From a virus (taxonomy: Duplodnaviria; Caudoviricetes), in the IMG/VR virus record IMGVR_UViG_3300032227_000993: a DNA stretch of 64,000 nt. One strand, given 5' to 3'. Within the stretch, counting starts at the first letter, position 1. Each line of letters starts with the position of its first letter. The notes beneath the pieces are model-generated. The model saw only the letters and a list, made by a program, of their open reading frames with translations. It was not told the DNA's origin and ran no database searches. Shown piece by piece: positions 1 through 9,483 of this stretch. A program made the translations under genes and the position numbers.

Positions 1-384
1 ATCATAAGTTCCTTGGTTTACTAAATTAAAATCTTGCGGTATGGCATATTGTTTTACCGCTGAAAGAATGTTGGCTCCTGCGCTGGATTCACTGCTGATA
101 CTATTTTTTGTATCGTTGCCCAGCAAGTAATATCTATTTATACCAATGTACACTTCATTAATATTATTGGTAATGTGTTGGGCACACAATTTTACAATAT
201 CTGAAAACCATACATGATGATTAATAATTAGAACTAAACAATTGGAGTTGGCATCTATGTTTAACATGGCTTTAAACTCCTCATCCGGCCCGACAAAATT
301 TACCGGCCGTTGGCCAAAGATATTTAAAATAATTTTATCTTGATCGCAAGTGCCATCTTTAAGTTGTACGGTACGCCAGGTCAT
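1..384 (-). CDS. Hypothetical protein, runs off the left window edge (not in the ORF track)
   Basis: ATG at 384 overlaps the TGA of the 381..1172 ORF (ATGA). Hand translation MTWRTVQLKDGTCDQDKIIL... stays open for 128 codons to position 1. Confidence 0.65.
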   Translation of the reverse strand, partial: MTWRTVQLKDGTCDQDKIILNIFGQRPVNFVGPDEEFKAMLNIDANSNCLVLIINHHVWFSDIVKLCAQHITNNINEVYIGINRYYLLGNDTKNSISSESSAGANILSAVKQYAIPQDFNLVNQGTYD

Positions 385-1172
385 TGACTGTTACTCCAAT
401 CTACAATTTGTTGTGTGTTGGTAAAAAACGTGTTTGGCAAAGTAATACTAGGATATTCTAAACTTAAGTAAAATAATGTAATGGCCTGAGTCAACGGATC
501 TTGTATTTGTAGATCTCGTAGGTTGTGATTCTTCACATCGCCGACTACTTGCTTTGCTATTTCTAAAGGCATTAAATACACAGCATTTGCTGCGTACCAG
601 CTATCCCATAATGTTTTAAAATCAGATAATACAATACCAAAAGATTCCAACTGGTCTTTAAATCTATTATATTCAAACAAATCTGATATTTCTAAATTTA
701 AACAGTCGGGATCAGGCTTGTAATAATTTCTAATCTTGCTATCTAACAATACATCTAAATAATTTGTTCTCAAGGTGTCGATATCATCAGTATCTAACAA
801 CTTGTAGTGTTCTACAATAGATTTTCTCATGGCCTTAATGGCATACGTTTGCATAACTAGAGGCCAACTTTGATCGTTGTAACAAATTTTTATTATTGTT
901 GCGCCTGGAAAGAAACTTTTCCATTTGATATCAGGATTTCCTATTCCGTTATCAATTAATACAATATCGTTGATATCAGGATCAAACTTGTAATTGTAGT
1001 GGCCTTGGCTGTGCATGTATTTTGGTGCGGTTGTTAAATACTGATGACTACGGCCCTCCGAATCAAAATTTAAAACAGAATTTGTTCGTTTAAAATTATC
1101 GCCATGCAAACTCAGTACTGCGTTGATGTAGTGGCCAAATCCACCGCTGGGATACCATACACAATAAATCAT
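381..1172 (-). CDS. Hypothetical protein (263 aa)
   Basis: Long ORF coupled to the gp47-like gene by an ATGA overlap. The N-terminal YPSGGFGH motif is only loosely P-loop/sulfotransferase-like; no function assigned. Confidence 0.6.
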   Translation of the reverse strand: MIYCVWYPSGGFGHYINAVLSLHGDNFKRTNSVLNFDSEGRSHQYLTTAPKYMHSQGHYNYKFDPDINDIVLIDNGIGNPDIKWKSFFPGATIIKICYNDQSWPLVMQTYAIKAMRKSIVEHYKLLDTDDIDTLRTNYLDVLLDSKIRNYYKPDPDCLNLEISDLFEYNRFKDQLESFGIVLSDFKTLWDSWYAANAVYLMPLEIAKQVVGDVKNHNLRDLQIQDPLTQAITLFYLSLEYPSITLPNTFFTNTQQIVDWSNSQ

Positions 1173-2185
1173 AAGCTCTGATAAATTTTTAATAACAACG
1201 CATTATCGTAAAAATCTGAAGCAATATTGGTAAGTTGATCAGTAACAATTTGATCTACCGATTCAAAATGGACCTCGCCTGGCGCCAAATCAAACTCTAC
1301 ATCAGTTTTCTTTGCTGGAATCAACGCCATCTCACGTAGATTGTAATCTCGAATAAATGTTTCTTTGATGTAGTTGGCTTCTTCGTAGCTGATATCGATG
1401 TCTAGCTCAACACGCACGTGCATGTTGGGCTTAAAGATACTGGCACCATGATCGATGGCTTCACTTAACTTCATTACACGATACAAGGGTTGGCCAGGCC
1501 AGGCAAAATACTCTTCAGGCTTGCCCCACTCTAGTACCATCATGCCTCGAGCTTCGTCGCTGGCATCAGCAAAGTTATGTGGGAAACAGTTGCCAATGTA
1601 GGTAATGTTTCCTTTGTGTTGTCGCATATGAAAATGCCCCGAAAACACTTTTTCAATTCCAGTAAATTGTTCAATAGTAACTTCGCCGTGATCCGGCATG
1701 GCCACACGAGCATTCATTAAAAAGTGTGGAAGCTCAAAATGTCCAAACATATACTTACAGGACATTTTGCTTAATTTTTTATGATCGTCGCCTACCAGCC
1801 AAGGAGCAATAATACAATCGCCGCTATGAAACCAATCATTGACAATAACAATATTAGGTAAATGCTTGGCCCATTCAGCCCCATGGATGTCACGTTTATC
1901 ACGATAGTACAAGTCGTGATTACCAGGAATAAAATAAAACTTATCAAAAGCAGCACTTAGTTTCTCCAGGGCTTGTACGCTGAACTGTAGCGTTTGTAAA
2001 TTGATGCTGGCACGATGGTTGTGCCAATCGCCAAGAAACATACCGGTTTCGCAACCTTCTTCCTTGGCCTTGGCAATAAACCAGTCAATAAATTGTTCAC
2101 AATCACGATTGTGGACCAAACTATTACTTTTAAGTCCCCAATGAATGTCTGTACAAACTGCTACCTTACGGAATAAATTCGTCAT
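1169..2185 (-). CDS. gp47: Recombination endonuclease subunit, T4 gp47 / Mre11 / SbcD-like metallophosphoesterase
   Basis: Calcineurin-like motifs DIHWG, FLGDWH, GNHD, FGHFE and SGHFH; lies next to the gp55-like gene as in T4-like phages. Confidence 0.88.
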   Translation of the reverse strand: MTNLFRKVAVCTDIHWGLKSNSLVHNRDCEQFIDWFIAKAKEEGCETGMFLGDWHNHRASINLQTLQFSVQALEKLSAAFDKFYFIPGNHDLYYRDKRDIHGAEWAKHLPNIVIVNDWFHSGDCIIAPWLVGDDHKKLSKMSCKYMFGHFELPHFLMNARVAMPDHGEVTIEQFTGIEKVFSGHFHMRQHKGNITYIGNCFPHNFADASDEARGMMVLEWGKPEEYFAWPGQPLYRVMKLSEAIDHGASIFKPNMHVRVELDIDISYEEANYIKETFIRDYNLREMALIPAKKTDVEFDLAPGEVHFESVDQIVTDQLTNIASDFYDNALLLKIYQSL

Positions 2186-2215
2186 ATCGCTTATTGTATA
2201 CTATTGTTTTGGGTT

Positions 2216-3151
2216 TTACGACTGTTCTGGCGAAGCTCCATTCAAGGCTTCCCACTCTTCACCGGTGTAGATCTTGACCTTGTACCCTTGATTAGGATCC
2301 TTTTTGCCTGCGTTCTGGCGGGTCCATGAAGGGTTTAGTCCAGCTTGCTCTAACATATCATCACGGATGTTTTGATTTTTCTTTTCTAAATTTAAAATTC
2401 TAGTAAACGAGTTGGTAATTGCTGCTGTGTAATATGCAAAGGGATTTTGTGATTTAAACTCATCAAATTGTAGTCCAATTTGACTCAACTGTAGCAGAGC
2501 TTGACCGCGCATTTCTTCGTTGTAGGTGTAGCCACGCCAGTTACTACGTGTGGCATAACGCTCACATAATTTTAAATACATATGACTCAGAATACGGGTA
2601 GTTTGCCCGTGGTCTTTGCTAAACTCGCCCTTTTCTAAGTCTCCTATCCAGTGACTCTTGCCCACCAGGAACGGTTTTTTATCTGCGTCTAACCGATAGT
2701 GATAAAACGGAGGAAACGGAACACGAACGTGTTTTTCATCTAGCACAGGCACATCTAATAACTCTGCCAACGGATCATCTTCGGCCACATCAAGCTCAAA
2801 GATATCTTCTAATTTTTTCTTTTTTGCTTGTGTTTTGGGAATTTTTTTAGGCGCCATAGGTATGTGTTCCCAGCATACAACACGGAAAACCAAATCCGTA
2901 TTGGCAATTTTCTTAGGATCTATTATGATACCTTCACGTTTTAGCCGATCTGCTTTGTTGCGACGAGCTTCTGCTATCGTGCGCTGATTAATTTTAGCAA
3001 GGGTGGGCAAAATAATATCATATTGATGATCGTTTACTGGGTCCGTAAAAGAACAATATGAGTTCTTGCTTAGGTGAATTTGCTTTAAAATGTCTCTGTT
3101 ATTTAGATAATTCTTAGGGACTGTGGGTCCTTTAGGGGCGATTGTAGCCAA
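2216..3151 (-). CDS. gp55: Late-transcription sigma factor, T4 gp55-like
   Basis: YLNNRDILKQI near the N-terminus and WRGYTYNEEM...QFDEFKSQNPFAYYT...SFTRILNLEKKNQ match the gp55 pattern. TTG start preceded by AGGAG. Confidence 0.8.
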   Translation of the reverse strand: MATIAPKGPTVPKNYLNNRDILKQIHLSKNSYCSFTDPVNDHQYDIILPTLAKINQRTIAEARRNKADRLKREGIIIDPKKIANTDLVFRVVCWEHIPMAPKKIPKTQAKKKKLEDIFELDVAEDDPLAELLDVPVLDEKHVRVPFPPFYHYRLDADKKPFLVGKSHWIGDLEKGEFSKDHGQTTRILSHMYLKLCERYATRSNWRGYTYNEEMRGQALLQLSQIGLQFDEFKSQNPFAYYTAAITNSFTRILNLEKKNQNIRDDMLEQAGLNPSWTRQNAGKKDPNQGYKVKIYTGEEWEALNGASPEQS

Positions 3152-3175
3152 TGTAAATCTCCTAGTAATGTTGTT

Positions 3176-3203
3176 ATTTTAACACAGATTGACCTCTTGT
3201 CAA
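3176..3203 (-). promoter_or_regulatory. Sigma70-type promoter for gp55/gp47
   Basis: Minus strand reads TTGACA-16 nt-TAAAAT with a TGn extension, upstream of AGGAG and the TTG at 3151. Confidence 0.65.
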
Positions 3204-3238
3204 CCTTTATTCTTAATCTGAGCCGTTTATTTTGCCGC

Positions 3239-3244
3239 TAAATA
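3239..3244 (+). promoter_or_regulatory. Putative gp55-dependent late promoter (TAAATA) for the baseplate operon
   Basis: TAAATA in the intergenic gap 21 nt before the ATG at 3266; matches the core of the T4 late promoter TATAAATA. Confidence 0.55.
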
Positions 3245-3265
3245 CTCAATAGGACAAATTGATCA

Positions 3266-4570
3266 ATGGCAACAATAGGAATAGACCCTTTCGCTGGATT
3301 AGCAGGCACAACACCCTCTGCTGCCGATACGGCCGATAATCCTGCGCCGGTTAATAACCCGCCTGACCCGCAAGTCCCATCACTACAACAACAAATTGCC
3401 AGTAATACAGTGGCCGAAAGCAGTATTGATCGAGCTCCAGCAACTGTTGGTAATCCACCTGACCCGCAAGTACCACTTCCTCAGGATGTTCCAGTTTCGG
3501 CTGGCGAAATTGATTTTGCCGCAAACCCCACAAACTTTGGCGCAACCATTCAACGATTTGATGACGGCTCTGCTTTTCAAACCTTTGATGACGGCTCAAC
3601 TCTAGCTACCACAGCCGACGGAAATTTTACATCATCTCCGGCTGCTGTGGACAATGCCAACTACTACGCAGAACAAGCCGGCCCGCCCAGTGAAGGCAAT
3701 GTTGATGTGGCCGGAGCAGAAGCTGCTGCCAACGCTGCTAAAATTGCTGCTGGTACACAACTGGCACAGCAACAAACAGCAATAGCCACTCAGCGTGGAC
3801 AAAAACAAAACGGCGACTGGCGTGTTCGTTTACAACTAGCACCTCAGAGCAACTATTTATACAATGATCCAAATCCAGGAATTCTTCAGCCGCTGAGAAA
3901 CACAAACGGAGTTATTTTTCCATACACTCCTAAAATTGACATGAGTTACCGTGCTAACTATCAGGCCACAGATATTACACACTCTAACTACAAGAATTAT
4001 TTTTATCAAAGCAGTGAAGTCAGTGATATCAGCTTGACAGCACATTTTACAGCACAGAGTACTTCCGACGCTAATTATGTATTAGCTGTGATACACTTTT
4101 TTAGAACTGCCACCAAAATGTTTTATGGACAAGATGCTCAACGAGGAAGTCCTCCGCCTATGGTATTTTTATCGGGCTACGGCGACTATCAGTTCAATAA
4201 CCATGCTTGTTTAATAGCAGATTTTGGTTACTCATTGCCAGACGATGTTGATTACATTCGTGCTCAAGCCACAAACATCACAGGTTTGCCAACAGCCAAT
4301 GTCCGTGCTAGACAAACAGTGGCCACAAATAATATCTTTGCATCAATACAAAGACTATCCAACGCATTTACAACCAAGGGCGCATTGCCTCCAACTCCGT
4401 ATGGTACCTTGCCAGGACCACAGACCGGCATTGGCAATCCAACCTATGTACCAACCAAGTTGGATATTACATTGAAACTGATTCCAGTGGTTAGTCGTCA
4501 AAAAGTCAGCCAACAGTTTAGTGTTAAAAACTTTGCCAATGGTAACTTACTCAAAGGAGGCTTTTGGTAA
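3266..4570 (+). CDS. Baseplate tail-tube initiator/cap-like protein (gp48/gp54 class) with a low-complexity N-terminal extension
   Basis: C-terminal domain GVIFPYTP...HSNY...FTAQ...HFFRTATKMFYG...PPP...GYGDYQF resembles contractile-tail tube-initiator proteins; first gene of the baseplate module. Confidence 0.55.
   Translation: MATIGIDPFAGLAGTTPSAADTADNPAPVNNPPDPQVPSLQQQIASNTVAESSIDRAPATVGNPPDPQVPLPQDVPVSAGEIDFAANPTNFGATIQRFDDGSAFQTFDDGSTLATTADGNFTSSPAAVDNANYYAEQAGPPSEGNVDVAGAEAAANAAKIAAGTQLAQQQTAIATQRGQKQNGDWRVRLQLAPQSNYLYNDPNPGILQPLRNTNGVIFPYTPKIDMSYRANYQATDITHSNYKNYFYQSSEVSDISLTAHFTAQSTSDANYVLAVIHFFRTATKMFYGQDAQRGSPPPMVFLSGYGDYQFNNHACLIADFGYSLPDDVDYIRAQATNITGLPTANVRARQTVATNNIFASIQRLSNAFTTKGALPPTPYGTLPGPQTGIGNPTYVPTKLDITLKLIPVVSRQKVSQQFSVKNFANGNLLKGGFW
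3362..3597 (+). repeat. Short coding direct repeats in the N-terminal extension
   Basis: CCTGACCCGCAAGT at 3362 and 3458 (NPPDPQVP twice); TTTGATGACGGCTC at 3557 and 3584 (FDDGS twice). Confidence 0.85.
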
Positions 4571-4869
4571 TGGCCAGCTACGACGCAACATCTCCTTATT
4601 TTACCACTGGTTACAGTCAATTCTTTTTAGATACCATGACTAATCGTCCAATACCTAAAAATCCAGACGACCAGTATTTTACAATCAACGCGACATATCA
4701 GTATCGCCCAGACCTCTTGGCATATGACCTGTATGATAATTCCAACCTATGGTGGGTATTTTATCAACGCAATCCTAATACTTTACAAAAACCACCGCTG
4801 GATTTTGTATCGGGTACCCAAATTTATCTGCCAAGAATAACCACACTTCAATCAGCGTTGGGATTCTAA
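4570..4869 (+). CDS. gp53: Baseplate wedge protein, T4 gp53-like (LysM-like)
   Basis: YQYRPDLLAYDLYDNSNLWWVF...G..IYLP is the gp53/LysM-type pattern. ATG at 4570 overlaps the upstream TAA (track start is 4564). Confidence 0.75.
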   Translation: MASYDATSPYFTTGYSQFFLDTMTNRPIPKNPDDQYFTINATYQYRPDLLAYDLYDNSNLWWVFYQRNPNTLQKPPLDFVSGTQIYLPRITTLQSALGF

Positions 4870-4870
4870 C

Positions 4871-6121
4871 ATGGTTTTTAAATACATTGATATAGACCCG
4901 TCATCTGGATACGAACGCTGGTATGATTCTGAAACTGGAGCATATCAGTTACGCCCTCAGCCAACTCGTACCACACAAGAAACCCAATCAATACCAGCTG
5001 CAACATTGCCCGCTGCTGTCAACACCTCAGCAACACTGGACCAGACTGAAATTGACAAACAAGATCTACTGAATCCAATATCGTCAAGAGATACTGTAAA
5101 CACCATTGGTGCTGGTACTGTGGGTACCACAACTGCTAAGGCCAATCAGTCCAGCGGCGCCGCCGCACAAAACGATGATCAAATTAAACCAGGCACTACT
5201 GAAACCTCAGCAACAATCAATGCGGCCAACAACGGTCCTATCATACCACAACCAAATGTACTAGATCAATATGCCAGTTACACCTACAGTTTAAGTTGGT
5301 ACATACTTACCAAAGAACAATTTAATGAGTTGGCCAGCGGTCAAATTAACACAAACAAATGGATGTTGTTGATGCAGAGCGGAGGAGCACAGGCCAATGT
5401 CAACGACAACGGCCAGGGTGGTCGCAGTCCTTACTTTACATTAGACTATTACATGGATAATCTAGTTCTTGAAACTTATTTGCCAGGCGGTGGCTCAGGT
5501 GGCACATTAAACGCAAACAATGGCGGCAAACTGGAATTTACCGTGACAGAACCCAACGGCCTTACCCTGCCAAACAACCTGGCCTTGGCCTATCAAGATG
5601 CTGTTAAAAATGCCACCGGCGGAGAAAAAGAATCCTGGGCACAAGCATTGTACTGTATGGTAATTAAATTTTACGGCTATGATGATGCTGGCAATTTAAT
5701 GCAAGCTGGACGCAATGGCAATCAAAACGGAACAGAATCGGCGGCCAGTCCCAGAGCCAATGTACAAAAAATTTATCCGTTTGCTATTGAACATTTTGAT
5801 TTTCGTTTGACTAATCGTGCGGTTGAGTACAAAATACAAGCCACCTGCCCTATCTTTACACTCAACGCTTCTAGTCGTCGAGGATCTATTCCTCAACCGT
5901 TTGCGCTGGTTGGCAAGACAGTGAGCGATATTTTGCTAGGCAACGGCAGCACCGGCACTCAAGTTTCTAGAGCCGAGGATGGTCGTCCTACAGCACCTAC
6001 TACAGCGCAACCAGCTCCACAGGCTCCGGCAACACCGGCTACATTATCATCGGTAGTTACTGGACGAGACAACCCGCTGGCAACCAGTGGCGGTTTTGAT
6101 TTTACTGCTGGAAATTTTTAA
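4871..6121 (+). CDS. Baseplate hub-like protein, N-terminal part
   Basis: Position between gp53-like and gp5-like genes; motifs PNVLDQYASYTY, FTVTEPNG and IKFYGYD. May be one half of a split gene (see findings). Confidence 0.5.
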   Translation: MVFKYIDIDPSSGYERWYDSETGAYQLRPQPTRTTQETQSIPAATLPAAVNTSATLDQTEIDKQDLLNPISSRDTVNTIGAGTVGTTTAKANQSSGAAAQNDDQIKPGTTETSATINAANNGPIIPQPNVLDQYASYTYSLSWYILTKEQFNELASGQINTNKWMLLMQSGGAQANVNDNGQGGRSPYFTLDYYMDNLVLETYLPGGGSGGTLNANNGGKLEFTVTEPNGLTLPNNLALAYQDAVKNATGGEKESWAQALYCMVIKFYGYDDAGNLMQAGRNGNQNGTESAASPRANVQKIYPFAIEHFDFRLTNRAVEYKIQATCPIFTLNASSRRGSIPQPFALVGKTVSDILLGNGSTGTQVSRAEDGRPTAPTTAQPAPQAPATPATLSSVVTGRDNPLATSGGFDFTAGNF

Positions 6122-6122
6122 C

Positions 6123-7967
6123 ATGGCCAACATACCTTACGATCCAGCAGCTATTGCCAACAAAAGATTTGGAGGGCCTGGCGGTACTGCCACAATAGCA
6201 ACTACCGACCAGCTAAGAGCCAAACAAGCCACATTGACTAGATCATCAACTCTGGCAGAAGCCACACACTTGGCCAATCCAACAACTAACCCCGCCGGCT
6301 CACCGGCCAAGGCTCCAGCGGCACCAACTGGCAACACTACAACGGTGTTTACAGGATTATGTGATGCCATCAATGAATTTCAGCGTTCATTGGTTAGACC
6401 CGGCGGCTATGAAATAGCAGATGTGTATGAAATACAATTTTCTCCAGCGTCAATTGGCTCTTCAACAGTGGCCTTAAAAGGCGAAGCATACAAAGCATCG
6501 CCTACTAACCAACAAAAAGATCCAAGGACTCAATTAGATCAAGGAGCACAAAAGTTAGATCTTACCGGCCGTATTGTTCAAGTAGGGCAAGGTACACAAA
6601 TTGTTCAGTTTATTGATCAGGTCATGCGACAAAGCAGTTACATCACAGACCAAGCTAATTTTACCATTGAAGAAAGTACTGGAAAATTAAAAGCCAAAGA
6701 AAATGCGCCAGCCAACGCAGATTTAAAATGGTACAAGATTAATTTTCAAGCAAAATCACTGGGCTTTGACAAAGGCCGCAACGACTATGCTTACCGAATG
6801 ATTTACACCATCACTCCTTACACAATCAATAAAATGGATAGCCAATATTTTCCAGACAGTAATTATCGAGGTGTTCATAAATCCTACAACTATTGGTTTA
6901 CTGGAAAAAACAATTCTGTAATAAGTTTTGAACAAGACTACAATAATATGTACTACACTATTTTAGCACAGACAGTTGGCGGTGTTGGAACCGGGCCCTT
7001 GGCTGGTTTAAAAAATGTTCCAGCAACTCCATCTACCGAGCCACTTGGTAAAACAAAATCCACGTCAACTACCCCAAAATCATATGCTCCGGCAGCCAGC
7101 GTAAGTAGTCAAGGTGCCGATAATGCTGCCAACGAACTGGGCGCATCAGCTGCGGATTTTTTGTATGCCATGTCTCCGCAAGGAGAAATGAAAATACGCA
7201 TCATAGGTGACCCAGCGTGGATAGCCCAAGGCGAAATTACCAATTCAGTAAACGCAGCCACAGTCAATCTATCACCATTTTTGCCAGATGGCACCATTAA
7301 CATGGACGCTGGCCAGGTCATGTTTGATTTGTATTTTAATCGCCCAGCTGATTACAATTTTGACACAGGAGTAGTTAATGTTAATGCTCAAACAATTAAT
7401 CCTGGCGGAACATTAGCTGCACTACAACCACAAGCACACTTAACTTATATTTGCTCACAGGTAAAAAGTTATTTTAATCAAGGTAAATTTGAACAAGAAA
7501 TTACTGGCAAATCATTTAGAGATGGGTTTGATTCAGTACTATCAACAGCAGCGGCAGCACAAAAAACTCAACAAACACAACAACAGCAACGTGAACAAAA
7601 CGCCAATGATCAAGCAACGGCCAACGGGTCACGGAGTGTTACGCCTTCGGCAATCAACACCGGTTCGGATAATAGTACAGTTGGAAGAGCGCCAGAAATT
7701 GACACAGCACCAGCTGGCGACATTACCAACCCATCACCACAGCCAGCGATGCCAGCTTCACCACCTGTATCTAACGGAGATTTAACTGTGACAACTAATA
7801 GTGCTCCAGAAAATACATTAAAAGCACAGATACAAAACGTAGCAGACGCCAGTGGATTCATACAACAACCGCTGACACAAGAGCAAAGAGATATTCAATC
7901 TCTTGGATTAAAAAATACTAAAGCACAAACAATGGCAGCTAACGATGACGCAAATGGACAACTATAA
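6123..7967 (+). CDS. Baseplate hub-like protein, C-terminal part (gp27/gpD class)
   Basis: YNYWFTGKN, IRIIGDPAWI and YFNQGKFEQEI resemble hub/gpD C-terminal motifs; directly precedes the gp5-like gene. First ATG is at 6123 (track start 6087). Confidence 0.5.
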   Translation: MANIPYDPAAIANKRFGGPGGTATIATTDQLRAKQATLTRSSTLAEATHLANPTTNPAGSPAKAPAAPTGNTTTVFTGLCDAINEFQRSLVRPGGYEIADVYEIQFSPASIGSSTVALKGEAYKASPTNQQKDPRTQLDQGAQKLDLTGRIVQVGQGTQIVQFIDQVMRQSSYITDQANFTIEESTGKLKAKENAPANADLKWYKINFQAKSLGFDKGRNDYAYRMIYTITPYTINKMDSQYFPDSNYRGVHKSYNYWFTGKNNSVISFEQDYNNMYYTILAQTVGGVGTGPLAGLKNVPATPSTEPLGKTKSTSTTPKSYAPAASVSSQGADNAANELGASAADFLYAMSPQGEMKIRIIGDPAWIAQGEITNSVNAATVNLSPFLPDGTINMDAGQVMFDLYFNRPADYNFDTGVVNVNAQTINPGGTLAALQPQAHLTYICSQVKSYFNQGKFEQEITGKSFRDGFDSVLSTAAAAQKTQQTQQQQREQNANDQATANGSRSVTPSAINTGSDNSTVGRAPEIDTAPAGDITNPSPQPAMPASPPVSNGDLTVTTNSAPENTLKAQIQNVADASGFIQQPLTQEQRDIQSLGLKNTKAQTMAANDDANGQL

Positions 7968-9481
7968 TGGCAGTTAACGTAGAACGATCAAGAGGACGCT
8001 CGTCAAATTACAAATTTGACCGCGGTGGAATGCCAACGGACTATGGTCCGTACATAGGCGAGATAATGAACAACGTGGATCCAACACGCGGCGGCCGTGT
8101 TCAGGTCTACATTGAACAATTTGGTCAAGGTGATAAAACAAATCCATCAACCTGGCGTACCGTAAGTTATATGCCACAGTTTGCTGGAGCCTCACCCAAG
8201 TCCTCTACTTCCAAGGGCACAGGATCATTTGGTAACTTCAACAATCAAATGAGTTACGGAACACAAGCTGCTCCTCCAGATATTGGTGTTAGAGTAATGT
8301 GTATTTTTGTTGGTGGAGATCCCAGCCAAGGGTATTACATTGGTTGCGTTCCTGAACAAGGTATGAACTACATGACTCCCACCATAGGAGCCAGTAAAAA
8401 CTTTGTACCACAGAATGAAAATCAAAAAACATACTTTGCTGCTGACAAACAGCTACCTGTTATTGAAATTAATAACTCGCCAGAAAATACAGAAATAACG
8501 CAAAATCCAAAGTTCTTTGATCAACCTAAACCAGTCCATTCGTACCTCACTGGAGTAATGTTCCAACAAGGCTTGAATGGCGACCCAGTACGTGGCCCTA
8601 TCACTTCAAGTGCACAACGTGAAAGTCCAAGTACTGTGTACGGAACATCAACTCCGGGGCGTCCTATCTATCAAGGCGGTCTTGACGAAGCAACCATCAA
8701 GTCAAAATTAGCCTCAGGCGAACTCAAAGAAGAAGACATTCAAGTTATTGGCCGTCGCGGTGGACATTCAGTAATCATGGACGACGGCGATCAAGAAGGC
8801 AAAAACGCAATGATTCGTTTCCGTACTGCCAAAGGACATCAAATTACTCTAAGTGATGATGCCAACAGTTTGTACATCACCCATAGCAACGGACAAGTAT
8901 GGTTAGAATTTGGACAAGAAGGCACACTTGATGTGTTTTCAACAAATAGTATTAACTTCCGCACTCAAGGAACTCTAAACTTCCACGCAGACCAAGACAT
9001 CAATATGTTTGCCGGCGGAAAGTTCAACATGAAGAGTATGAAGGGCACAGTATTACAGTCGGAAGCCACACTTGATGTTGCCAATAAAGGCGCTATGACT
9101 TTGTTTTCTGAAGCCAAGATAGGCGTAAAGGCCAGTGGAGCACTGGCACTACAAAGTGTCACTGGCAGCTGGCGCTCAACTGGCGGCCTGGCCCTACAAG
9201 GAAACCCAATAGATCTCAATGGCGGATCCACTCAAACAGTTACCACACCCACAGGATTAATCACCTACACCATGCCAGACACATCGTTCCAAACATCAAC
9301 AGGTTGGGATGTTGCTCCTGATGGAGTAGAAAGTATTGTTACTCGTGCTCCAGCACACGAACCATGGCCATATCACAATCAAGGCGTAGCAGTCAAGGTA
9401 TCTTTGCAGCCTGGGCAACCTGGTTCACCTCCAGGCGCACCTACTATTCCAGCCGGGTCAACCATAACTAAAACAAAATAA
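7967..9481 (+). CDS. gp5: Baseplate central spike, T4 gp5 / VgrG-like
   Basis: N-terminal OB-fold pattern YIGEIMNNVDPTRGGRVQV...PDIGVRVMCIF; GGHSVIMDD...RTAKGHQI; beta-helix-like repeats; C-terminal APAHEPWPYH. Confidence 0.8.
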   Translation: MAVNVERSRGRSSNYKFDRGGMPTDYGPYIGEIMNNVDPTRGGRVQVYIEQFGQGDKTNPSTWRTVSYMPQFAGASPKSSTSKGTGSFGNFNNQMSYGTQAAPPDIGVRVMCIFVGGDPSQGYYIGCVPEQGMNYMTPTIGASKNFVPQNENQKTYFAADKQLPVIEINNSPENTEITQNPKFFDQPKPVHSYLTGVMFQQGLNGDPVRGPITSSAQRESPSTVYGTSTPGRPIYQGGLDEATIKSKLASGELKEEDIQVIGRRGGHSVIMDDGDQEGKNAMIRFRTAKGHQITLSDDANSLYITHSNGQVWLEFGQEGTLDVFSTNSINFRTQGTLNFHADQDINMFAGGKFNMKSMKGTVLQSEATLDVANKGAMTLFSEAKIGVKASGALALQSVTGSWRSTGGLALQGNPIDLNGGSTQTVTTPTGLITYTMPDTSFQTSTGWDVAPDGVESIVTRAPAHEPWPYHNQGVAVKVSLQPGQPGSPPGAPTIPAGSTITKTK

Positions 9482-9483
9482 TC

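Noticed and set aside
6112-6118. -1 programmed frameshift at A AAT TTT
   Set aside because: A -1 shift does not enter the frame of the downstream ORF; only +1 would.
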